Shown in pieces: positions 49,579 through 61,830 of a stretch of DNA of 64,000 nucleotides (position 1 is the first letter of the stretch; every line of letters begins with the position of its first letter). The translations under genes were made by a program, and so were the position numbers. Source of the stretch: Catajapyx aquilonaris (lineage: Eukaryota); contig KZ538164.1 of the NCBI GenBank assembly GCA_000934665.2, positions 1-64,000 of the forward strand, in the 5' to 3' direction. Below the pieces are notes generated by a model, which was given only the letters and a program-made list of their open reading frames with translations, searched no databases and was not told the origin of the DNA.

Positions 49579-49849
49579 CTTCACGACTTTCTTCTTCACC
49601 CGGTGTAGTGCGGGAGGCGCCGCATTCTCGGGATGGTCTTTTTCTTCCTGAGACTCCAATCTACTTTGAAAAGGAAAGCCGAATGAGTTTCGTCTCCTCT
49701 GCTCGTTTGGCTGCTCCTGATGCTGCACTGCCTGCATCCTCCTTCTTCCAACCTACTCGCAGATTGACCTTAGGAAACACCCCCATCGCCTTCCGAAGCC
49801 TTGAAAACCCCCGAAGCATTTGCCGCCTGACACCAAAGACAACACTAAC
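49579..49849 (+). other. Possible isolated internal exon (open Ser/Pro-rich frame, no recognised product)
   Basis: Long polypyrimidine tract and ...CTCCTTACAG| acceptor at 49578. One frame is open up to a possible AC|GTGAGA donor at 49849; an alternative AAG|GTAATT donor is at 49858. Confidence 0.2.
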
Positions 49850-50771
49850 GTGAGAAAGGTAATTCGGCCAAATTGTCATCAAGAGAATGTGGTTAGACTT
49901 ACATTTTTTTCTATAAATAATTAACAAGTGTCGATAGATCCACCATTCACCTTACAACTTATAGATGTAGGTAGATAATTTATAAGCAGTATTGTCAGGC
50001 CAAATACGGACGCAATCGTGGTGGCCCTGCCGTTTGTGTCCCCATTTTACTACACCACAATTAGGCGAACCTTGGCGTCTGGCACTCTCCTGATCCGACA
50101 CCCTGCCCTTTCCCATTATACCCAGATGCTCTAACGAAACCCCAACTCTGTGAACCTTCCCAGACAGAAACAGAAAGAGACAAAAAAAAAGAGAGGAAAC
50201 TGTGTAGTAGTAGAAACAGACTAATTAAGATGAGAGTCGCCTATTGTTTTTAGATTAGCTTGGAAAACGCGGTGTGAACCGTGTACCAAACCAGGAGATG
50301 GGAATTATCTGCCGCGACGCCAGCTGGGGTATCAGCTATCGACTTTTCCTCGACGACCCAATTCGTAAGCTAAACTTCTCGTTAAACTTCCCCCCCTTGA
50401 GCTGGTAGTCAGGAGGTGGGGGGTAGGGGGGCAATGGTGATAAAGTCACTTTGGGCGATATGTTTTTCACGTTGGAGGGAAGAGCAGGCTCGAAAATGGG
50501 GATTAATATCGGCCTGATTGATCCCCTCTTTGTGTATATAAAGATGGCTTGCATCAATAGAATTAAGACAACACCTATAGTAGAAGCATATATCGAGCAT
50601 TTGGTAGGTCAATTCTCAACATATGGCCTTTGCTTGAGTGTGAACGAATTTGTAATATTCTGTGTGGTGGATGCTCAAATTTCAATATGTGATATTAATT
50701 CCTGCGATATTTCACAGCTTCAGTGTCAAGAATGTCCAGTGGAAGAAGAAAAAAAAATCTGCTGCTGATGC

Positions 50772-50799
50772 TGGTGGTGGTGGTGGTGGTGGTGGTGGT
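50772..50799. repeat. (TGG)n microsatellite, ~9 units
   Basis: Directly visible. It produces the poly-Val and poly-His ORFs. Confidence 0.95.
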
Positions 50800-51996
50800 T
50801 GGGACAAGGGAAGGCCATGAAGTGAGGCAGACGGAATTGCGCAGTCAGCTTGTTGTAATTCAGCGAACAGGCTTGCTTTTCCACAAAAGTTTGATTGGAA
50901 CCCTTTGCAATGTAGACTACCCTTGTGTTGGGATTACAAAACTCGCCTTCCTCTTCATTCCCGCACAAGTTGGACGAGCGTTAACTTTTTTTTATCCAGG
51001 GGAGAGTGAATGGAAAGGGGGGGGGGTGTTGGCAAGGAGGGTGCGGGTCCAAATGCAGGTTCCGAATTCTTGGACCCCTCCAAACGAAATGGTGCTGGAG
51101 GAAGAAATAAACTCTTTCTTTTCTCTTTCGGAAGAGCAGGAGGATTGGAGGATGACCATACTCTTCTCCCTGGGTTCCGAATCTTTAAGCTTGATGAGGC
51201 GCTGGGTGATGGTGCCCACATGTAGGACACTCAATTCCGGGGAAGGAGTTTAGGATCCGCCTGATAGATACAACAAGGTAGCCTTTTTCTCAGTGTAAAA
51301 CTCCAAGTACCGTACGTACCAAGTAATCTGAGCAGATACGCCTTGATGATCTTGCAGTTAGTTAACGATAACGTTCCTTGCTCCAACTTCCTTGTCGAAT
51401 TCGCTGGAAGCAGCAGCACAAGCAGCGTTTTGTCCCTTTGGGCTTATCAAGAGGTTCATAATAATTGTACTCGACTGCGGGGAATGTTTGGTCTTGGTTT
51501 AGGAAGGAGCTGGTTTTTTTTGAGGGGTATTTCTCCTGATTGGAAAACATTGCTCAGGGAAGCAGGAAGCTGATTTGAGATGGGGGGTTTCAAGCCAATC
51601 TGAACGCCTCATTTCACATTCAAATGTTGGATTTGCCCGAAAGTTCAACTCGGAAATGTCCCCATGAAAGAAGCTGCGCACTGCCATTTTTTTTCTTATT
51701 CTCTTTCTCTCTATCCTTTTCTTTACATATATTCACTCCCACCTTACTACGGTTTCAGTTGGAATGTTTGAGTTCAAATCTCTGCAAAACATAATTCGAG
51801 GATCAAAACCGTAGTTGGAGTAATTTTTCTATATTCCTACCCCCCCCCCCCCNCCCCCCCCATCCTAACTTAAACATCTCCTGATGGGTGCCATAGATCT
51901 TAACTCTTTTAACTTCTTGGAACGTGCACCGAAATAACTTAGGCATGGCGGCCATAAATCTTCTGCAAGTGTCGCATCACTTCTTTTTTTCTTCCG

Positions 51997-52019
51997 TCTT
52001 CTTCTTCTTCTTCTTCTTC
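51997..52019. repeat. (TCT)n microsatellite, ~7 units
   Basis: Directly visible. Confidence 0.9.
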
Positions 52020-55000
52020 AACCTCCCTTCTAGCTGTGTAAGAGCCCCTGCATTAGCACCGCGTCACCATTTTTTGCACTTATAAAACCTGGACTGATCA
52101 AGCCCTCAGACGGACCATTTTTTTTCTCTCTCTTCCATCCGACCTTTTTTTTGTGCTCAATATATGGTTGAAGTTGCAAGAGCCAAAGTCTCTGGAGAGC
52201 ATTGGTGGCAGTTTATAGCAGGAGGGGACCTCTGATGTGTCCTTTGGCCAACTTTCTCTCTCTTTCTGGAACCAGCTGTACGTGGGAATCCTCTCAGAAA
52301 GTATTTCCGCCTCGGAGCAAAAGAATGCCGGCCTCTTTAAGACCCAATCTTATCGATTTCCTTATTCCAAGGGACTATTCTCACATAACTCCATTCGGCA
52401 GTGTATATATTATGTAAGGTCTCGTTTTCATTTCGCGTAAGGAAAAAAAAGTCGCGGTTCAGTAGAAAAAAATTTGGTCGCAATTTTAGCAGATGCAAGC
52501 TGTATAATGGCTGTTATCGTCGTGGGGGGAACTTTGGCTTGGCCCCCTTTTACGAAGAGGGGAAGTGATGGTAAAAGAGTGCTCAAATTAAGTTACATTG
52601 CGGTTTCACTGGTAATTAAGCGCCAGAGCAGACGTTAGGAGATGCCTAACAAGACCAATAGAGCGGAATTGCGGAGTAAAAAATGGCACAGGTTTGCAGG
52701 AGATGGCCTATTATGGATAAATTATTGCGTTGAATATGGTCGGTAATGCAGCCTATTAGATGATAATTTCTAGGGTAAGTGGCGTACTACGAGAACTGAT
52801 TATTTATTAGTTCGCAATACAGTCTTTTATATTTAGCGACATTTTTGGCTGATTATTATCGAGCAGTTAAGGTCAAATCTTTACGTGTTTTATCAAAGTA
52901 AATAGGGGCATAATTTTTTTATGTGTTGCTGAAAAAATAAATTCAGTTGCACCAGTCAGCATCGACGTTTCCAGTGGGAAATGTGGTCTGTTTGATGCGA
53001 AGAGCGTGTCCGAAGAGTGACACCAAATTTTTGCGTCTTTAATTAAATTAGCACCTGTTACTCGACCATTGTGTTTCGTGTGGGCGGATTTATGTGTCCG
53101 TGACAAATTCGATGCGGTCGTCTGAGTCGCAGTCGAGTTGACAGATGCAAATATGAACGTTACTCATTTTTTTTACAAACTTGGAAATGCACTATTTTAT
53201 ATCCACTGAACCTCACCCCCACTGACCGGCAGACACGGTCAGTTAAACATGTTACAACCAACTAAACATTTGCTCTCCGGTGACCGCCTCACTAACTGGG
53301 TTAGTGTTGACACTTCCACCATGTATTTACCAGACCTTAATTAATCTGTCGGTTTCTGCAACCTCCCCCACACTACCCTCATCCACATGTCAGTCACACC
53401 ATCCCCTCCCAGCCAAGCCAGACTAAATTTTTTTGGGGGGGGAGATATACCAAAATTGTGATGGCCATACACGCACATACAGCCCTTGAAGCTCGGGCAG
53501 ACATCCCGGACAGGTTCACTTCAACGGGCCGTGAATTAGGTTCGTATTGTGTGCATTCAATCTCCGCATTCAATTACAGGCCGCATGTCCTAAATGGAAC
53601 CGCAAAAAAAATAGAGAGGATGGTCTGATAAAATAGTGAGAGGCTGTCCGGAAGAATGGAAAGGAAGTTGGGGGAAATGCTATCCAGATATAGGGAATTG
53701 AATCAGAGACGTGTATGCCGAAGCTGCCAACACCCCCACCTCTGTATACACATAAAAAGAGAGAGAGAGTTATGGGACAGGTCCCCTATAGGGAGTCATG
53801 TGGAACATATGAGTTCCAGAGGAAAACCTTTCAAAAAAGGGGGATGTAGTACACGGTTGATGGCTATCTTTTGTACTCTATCTGAAGCTCTGAGCTGCAA
53901 AAAAAGATAGAAGAGGGGATGTATTGAGGGTTTTTTTTCGAGGGGCTCATTCGCATGCGATTTTGGTGGCTGTATATTGAAGGACTAGTGCTTATTAGGT
54001 AGTAACTCATGGCAAAAAAAGGAGAGGGATAAATCCGCGTTTATATGGAGGGGAATGTGGACGATAAGGAGCGTGTCCATGCTGGGAGGCATTTGGCTCT
54101 TACTGCCGCGCTGTACTTGTCGGTCGTGTTTGTTTAACCCACAAATCTTGGTATTTATCTGCCACTTTCACGGGGGGGCTAAACCCAATAAACGGATTTG
54201 CTTCCAGGAAGTGATGGGACAGCTCCCAAAAAAATACGGCCTCTCGACAACAGTGGAGGCCTCGTTTTTAAAATAGTACCCAATTCCCCCTGCTACTGAA
54301 CCGATTGCCACATCTGATATGAAGAATGGCCTAACTACTGCAGAAACGAGGTGATTGCTGCTAAAACACGAGGTTTAACCAAGGGAAAAGTGCGGTTCAA
54401 GTGTTTGTCAGAATCAGCTGAGGTATTTAGCAAAGTCATTTGGAATAACTTTCCCTTGCTCTCATGCACCACTGAAGTGATAGGTAAAAAAGAAGCATAT
54501 TTTTTAAAACCTAATTACTGGTAATTGTATCGTTGCCATTGCAATCCATTTTTAAATTACACGTGCCAGTTATTTGGGTAACGAGGTGTCGCCAACCAGA
54601 ATGATACCTGACCACCAATTGGCCCTGAGAGTTTGTACGCCTAGTTAATAAACACCCCTCCACCAGTCCAGAGCTGTGTCCTACAAGCCGCATTTTGCCA
54701 TAAAAATAAATAAGTTGGACCTCTCTTGGCTCCCATTTTTGTCACGATATTCTCGCCCTGGTTGTAGCAAAAAGTGGAAAAAACCGCGAGCCTCCCATTT
54801 TTTTTACTTTTTATTCATTTTTTTTCCTCTCTTTTTTGAGCGTGGGCGGGGGTAGAGGAAATGGGAGAATCTCATCAGAGCACCTGCTACCTGCATAGTT
54901 TGCTGAGGGCACCAAGTGTTTCCAGGGCCTGCCTAATGAGAGCAGGCCAATGCACATGGGGTTCCTGAAGGCTGCTGGGGGGAAGGGAATTATTATTCGC

Positions 55001-58000
55001 TGGATGCAGCCATCCCCTCCCACCGCTTTCCAGTTCTCATCATGCTTCTCTTGTTGTCAGCCAACACGGTGACGTTGTTATTTCATTTTGCTCAAAAGAG
55101 CCTTCCTTAACTAGTGCAGACCACATGCAACAAAGCGGATCTGGCCTCTGCTTGCTGGCCCATTTCTCTTTCATAAATCTGGAGTGTAATAAGGAAGAGA
55201 GGGAGAGTTATTGATCCCGTAATTAGGGTGACATGACCTAGCCCGCCGGTGATGAGATAAAAGTGACGTATTAAAAGTTTTGAATGGGGGGAAGTGGATG
55301 GGGGGGGGGTTCTATTTCACAGAGGGAGGCCTTGTGTCTGTATTTGTACTGACAGGTCGTCATGTATAAGCGGTGAGGGCATAAAGGGGTATTAAATGAC
55401 GTTACGTTGCGATTTGGGCTTACAAGGTGTGTAGGTACCAGGGGCTCGACTCGGGCTTTGTCATTTTTTATTCACATTGACAATCTCATTAAGGCGGGGG
55501 GTGACCATCATCCAATTACAAGGTTGGTTGTTCTTGGTGCCAGAGAGAGCATAAAAAATGAGGTCGGTGCACACATTAGAGTACTCAGATCCGTGTGCAA
55601 ATATTGATGCTGTTGCATTCTGTAAACGCACAAATTGCAGCGAAAGTTTTATGTCACACATAATATAGAGTCATCACCTGGTGTGTCCAGATTATCAAAT
55701 TACTGACCTAGCCCAAGTCACAATATACAGGAATATGATATGAGTACTTTAAAACGTAAATGCCAGGAAGTTCACTTTTATTTAGGAACGACAATCACTG
55801 CAATAAAGTCAACAACAGTGCGAACCTTCGTTAACCTGAATCCCACAGCCAATTAGTGAATTAGTTTCTGGTAAATTCCTAACTGCATGTCACTCCATTA
55901 ATTAGTGTTTTAAAAAAAGGGACACTGTTTCAGCATTACCGTTTCCTTGAACGCAGGCTGACATTGGCATATAGTTAATTATTCGTAATACCGATCACGA
56001 ATTGGAGTAAGTCCCAGGAGCGCGAGTTGAGCTGAATAAACCCTCCCCAAGATAGTGTCGTTGATCCAAGGAGCTGATGCTGATGCTGCCTCCTTCCTTC
56101 TCTTCTCCATCCAAACCCCCGGCCTGCAAGCTGGTATATCGAGGAGGTACTTAACCTCATTATCCTTAATTTAAATTCACGTCGTGAGGAATTTTCCCTC
56201 TCCGGCCTCTGCTCCAATTCGCTTTCTCCTTTCCCAACCCTTCTCCGCTTCTTCCTCTGCGCACCTGAGGGGGTATATACAAGGGAATAGGAAAAGCCTT
56301 TTCCTTCTACCAAGATCAGCTATTTCTTTTCCTCCCCCCCCTCTGCGCAGAACACCTCGCTGAATCCCCATCTTAACCAATTTGGTCCAATCTTGCCACT
56401 GCCACTTTGCATTGACCTCTTAAAACGGGGCACGCTAACTACTGCTGAGGCAGCATCTGCGTGCAAGAATCCGACGATTGTTGGCCATTATTTTGAAAAT
56501 CGGGTTTTCGAGCCAGAATGACAGTTGAATTGGAAACGCACTCAATTAGTGTAAAAGTCTCAACTGACAGGACACGAACAAACAGGGCTGGCGATTTAGA
56601 CTGAAATTACTTGGGAGGACACCTGCAGCTCGATTTGAATTGTAATTATTGCAACGAGTTCTAAACACTCAGAGACAACTCGCAAATACCTTATCCTAAA
56701 ATATAAATTCTTCGTGTCTGTAAAATTGCTCCAGGTTTGATCACAACGCATTTTTATAGCCGAATGTGGACACAGCAAACCGAAACACAGCCTATTAAAT
56801 GCGCAATGCAACTTATCTCCACACACAAAAAAGGAAGAAGGGAGATGTAAAAAGTCCAGTGTATGGAATAAAAAACATATACATTTTTGGGATTCATGTC
56901 GCTCTTTCTCCGTCGATAAACACATCTAGCTATTTAGTATGTAAGTAGAGTATTTTAGCGGTCGCGGCGCACATTAAAAAGCAATGCAGGCTGTGGGGAA
57001 ATGTGTTTCGGCCCCCGTGAACATACACTATAAGCCCGCATCGCCATCGGGAAATAGACCGCTGGGGCTGCACAGCATTTCCCAAGAGGATATCTTGGGC
57101 TGCTATACATGTATGGGGAAGTTGAGGTAGTGGGGGGATATCATGCTCCCGGATGCCCACTATAATTGGAATCAATTCGAGGCTGGGATTTTTTTTTCCC
57201 TGTGCAAGAATATTTGCATGTACTCGCATCACGTTGAAAATTCATTTTCAGCATTTGTTCCTGATATTGTTAGGTTGTGGTCAGGCTGTGATGTTATGAA
57301 TATAAAGCATGTAACAATATCATGGTTTCGTCGCGAGGATGAGATATGAAAAAATATGGTCCCTTTAATGTATAGTTCCCGTGACTCAAAATTTCATTAA
57401 CAGATTCACGGGCCCCAGTAGAATAAGCCATTCCATTGGCCAACCTGACTGCATAGCGTAGTACTTTTTGCAGCCAAACTTATCTCACATATTTGAGAGC
57501 TACGGCACATTACTCTGCGGGATACTGTACAGTGCAGTACTGTAGAGACGTTATTAAAAGGGAGTCATTAGGAGATTAATTTGCATATTGTACTGTTGCA
57601 TCAAATTCCATCGACGTCCCGAGAAAATGTATTCCGATTCCGCGAATCCAGGCAAACTCTGCGGATCGATTTTAAAGAGTTAAGCTCGCTTCTGCTGACA
57701 TGCTTGAAGCTCTAAGAAAATATTTGCGAGCCACTTTAAATAAGACGCAAAACACTGTTCTCCTTTTGATACAGACAGCAGATAAATTGACACAAACTAT
57801 AACAGACCCGCATGGGTTTTAAGCAAGATCTGATCTGTCCAAAAAGGGTAAAGCCTGCAAACTGTTTTAAAATGGATAACCACGACCGTCGCAAATAGAA
57901 AAGTCCGCTTCTGAGTGCATTTTTTTGGTTAAGTGATAATTGAAGAAGTCCTTCTGGAAAAATAAAAAGGGATGAAAATTGTCACAAACCACTTGGCGGC

Positions 58001-61000
58001 CGTTACAGAGCAGAGAGTTGGATGCATGTAAGGGCAAGGAAAAGAGGGGCAAAAGGAAAATGGCGGAATTTTCTTGATCCGACCGAGACCCAGGCACAGA
58101 TCTCGTAAAAGGCGAAGCAGCAGTGGAAAAGGGAGGGAGGCTCCATCACACGAGATTAAGTTGGGACGTGGAAGTAGCTCGTCGTCTTCCACTTTCTCCA
58201 CGAGCCCATAAGGCATCTCTCTCTCTTCTCTCTCTTCTTCTTCTCCTCCCAAGGCTCAATCCAACCTCCCTTGTCTTTTAATTCGCAGGAAAAAGGTTTC
58301 TCCTCTGCCTCACTGAGAGATGCTCTTTGAAACCGGTCCCAACCCTACCCTCCTCTTGTTTGACAGGAATGCTCAAGTCAACAGCCAAGATGGGGCTCGG
58401 GTCCTACTGACAAACTTTTTGAGGGGGAATCCCCGGGGCCTATTATTTTCCAGACGGATCTTTCAGTCGGATTTTGGATTCACACACATTCTGCGATTTA
58501 GCAGGGTCTAAAATGCGGAAATTAAACTGTCTTTGTCGGCACATTCTGCGGTTCTAAAGGAAGATCAGATGCCAAAGAAGCAGCCAATGGGAAAAACCTG
58601 GTCGTTTTTTTTCATTGTGACGTCATTGGCAATGTCGTGCTTCGTTCATATCAGATTGCTTAGGTAAACAAATCATAAATTTTTTCCGGACTGAGGACAT
58701 GTTTAGCGTCGTCGTGCGGTTCACATAGTATCGGTACTTCCCTATAGCTGCACCCAACTGAAGATAACCCGACACTAGGTCGTTGCACTTCCGTTGCAAC
58801 GCATAAATGGGGAGCTGCGGGTTACGTGTAAATGACCAGCACTAGTCATGTTACGAAAACAGGGTGGGTCACGAAGCTTATACACCGGAGGAATACGATC
58901 CGGCAGATTGCATGACACGTCAACTTGGAGGGCACGACAAGAGTGTTATGGCTCCAGTTTCTGATGAGCCGAATCGAGCAGCAAGTAGTTAGTAGATGGC
59001 TTCAGGGGGCTTTTTGGGAAGTGGGTTCTGGGATACCCTGAAGGTATTATAGAAGAGAGGAGGGTGTCGTCGGAATGGCAAAGTTCGCTGTCGGTCCTCC
59101 TTTTGCCAGGTATTACACGTCGATCAGGAGTCTGCCAAAGCTGCGGGCATATGCTTGATGCTCATCTCACTCGGGCACGTTTGTGTCAAAGTGTCCAATT
59201 AAATACCTCCCACCAACCTTCCCCGTGTAATGAATAAGTTGGGCCTTAATGAAAGGGGCTGGTTGGCACAATGGCCGTGGGATTTGTAAGGATAAGGGAA
59301 GAGGCTTCAGGGTTCGTCTCCGGCATGTATACACACGATTGTCAAGTGCATGTAACACAATACACCCGCACAACCCCTTCAGACGTACCTTGGAAAGTGA
59401 TTAGGGCACTAACTTGCCAAGTTTTTGGTCCAAATTGCATTACCTGCCAGGCGGTATAGTGCTCTTTGGGTAGTTTCAATATCCGCGGATGCAGAGGCCT
59501 TTAATTAAATACTGCAGCTACTAGATTTTGAAGTAGAGTTCGTTTTATGTAATACAGAGAGAGAGGCGGCTTCTATCCCCCTTCCCCTCCCTTCCATTCC
59601 CCATTTGGCCCTATTGTCTCCAGCTCTAGTGGATGTCAAGTTGAAATGGCTGCCTCCCTCCCCACCACCTCGCACAGGGGACCCAACTTCCATCCGCATT
59701 GTTCTCTTGACCAAGAGTCAGCGCAGGATTGAAAACCATTGGCTTGTGCTCATTGTCGCCTCGCTGATTGCACGGCACAGGTGGAGGAGGTGCTACATTA
59801 GATAAATCCTGTTCTTGAGGCCTGCAATGCCTGGTGCTTGTCAAGAACAAACAACGAACAAGTAATCGCGTTTCGTGGGAGGAAAATTGGTGACACTTTT
59901 AATTCACTAAAGTAAAAGAAGGGTCCACTGTCATGAATAACTGTTTCATACTGCTTATGAAGCAAATGCATTAATCGGCCTTTGCAAACTTGAAACTATT
60001 CTCTCGGAAAGTTATGCTAGAATACCTTAGAAAGCGAAATTAAAGGCTAGAAATTATCCGAGGTTACGCATTAGCCTCTAGCGCTTCTTCTCATGCTCAT
60101 GGATAAGTGTAAGTGACAGCTAAACTGAAGAGTAAACAACGAATGGCTGGTTGGCAATGGGTATAAAAATGGATGAGCGTAATGGGTCGGATCACAACAT
60201 TACTGCTCCCATCCTATTCCATCATTACTAATCATAACACATTCTGACACTTGCTAAAACAACACTCCAGGTTTCGCTCCCGGATCCCAACGGATTTGCA
60301 GTCCATATCAGACTCGCCTTTTTTTAAAAAAAAAAGTGGTCGGCATCTGTGGGTGTCGTCACCTTGATTTTTTGGCCTGCGGTACAGGGGGTGGATGCAA
60401 GTGTCTGTAAGTGCCGGCTGACATCACCTCTCGCCTGCAGATGAAGGCGGGGGAAAAAATGGATGACGTCGTGTCTGGATGCAATTTTCGGCAGTTTCCA
60501 GGTTGGAGAGACATAAGGTCTGGTGTTACACTCCGGCAGCATGCGACCAGCATTATCTCAGATGGTTTGTACAACTCTTTTAAGAGCCGGCTGACGTGAC
60601 TGATGCCAGTTATGTAGCCAGACAAGCATTTCCTACAGGTAATCGACGTGGGGGATTACAACAGGATATCTCGTTATTAAATGGGTGCAGAGTGTCAGGG
60701 ACGGAGTCGCAGAGCCGTGGCCCGTTATCATGCGGCGGTAGGCCGAATTAATCCTGTAATGCAAGCTAGAGGCGCACGCAAATACATCTGAGGGCGGCTT
60801 AGACACCCTAGAGCGATGCTCTGTTATGCGTATCGCCTACTGCGGATCTAAATCTGTTTTTCCTCCCGTGCACTTTGCCACCAAGTGCTACGGTAGATTG
60901 TAATCCTCCGCTTGACTCCCATCCAAAATCTTTGCCAGCGCTGACTGATGTTTACGTGTAAACATCCACTTGTTTCCTCCTGCCCTGGTTACCGGGATTT

Positions 61001-61733
61001 TCCTTTCGGGAAATTACGTACGAAAGCATACATACGCGAGTTACATGCCAACTGGGCAGTACGTATTTTCGACGTGGAAAAAAAACCCTGTTAGTTTGTG
61101 CTACTGATAACCAATTACGGCACAAAGGGATAATTAATGCCCCCCAATTATGTTAACTACCTAAGTGCAGAGCGGAACGCAATTTGGCAAGTTAGCTTAC
61201 AAAAATTTGCTGCCCTTTAACACGTTCAGCTACTGACACGATACATGGTGCGGCAGAATGGCTACCCATTTTTCATCATGGCAACTGCGGCTCTCTGGCT
61301 CTGTGCAATTCTTCAATGCGAAGGTTATCAATTAAAAGGTGGAGAATTCTCAGCCTTGTCCGAAGTGGAAGTGAATTCAGTCGTTTCTGTTTCTCCGAAA
61401 AAAGAGAGAGAGAGGCCAATTGCCTGACTCTATAGCTGGCTGGTAAACACAAAGAGGAGCTGTCTCTAATTAACAAGCAGCACTCTCGGCTTGCGCCATT
61501 TCAAATTGCAGCATCGCCGTTGAATGACGGCGACCAAGGGGGCGCTTCTGCTGCCCCAGCCCGACTCCGCGTAACTCAAAAGCCCAGACTCTTTTCAGGT
61601 CGACTTGCCATAATTGCAGTGTAATTTGGCAGCTACCCAGTGGTTTCAATGGCCCATCACTGGATTACAAGCTCACAGGTTCGCATGCACTACGTGTTGG
61701 ACAGGGTTTTTTTTTGGGTATGCGGCGGATAAT

Positions 61734-61830
61734 TACTGCGCACGTTGTTTGCGCCACTGTCTATCACCTGCGCACGTGTTCTGCGCAGTGGGTGGACCAC
61801 CTGCGCACAATACACGCGCAGTGTGGCTTA
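61734..61830 (+). repeat. Degenerate ~32-33-bp tandem array (3 units) rich in GCGCA motifs
   Basis: TGCGCAC at 61737, 61769 and 61802 (spacing 32 and 33), each followed a few nt later by a second (t/c)gcgc motif. Confidence 0.7.
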
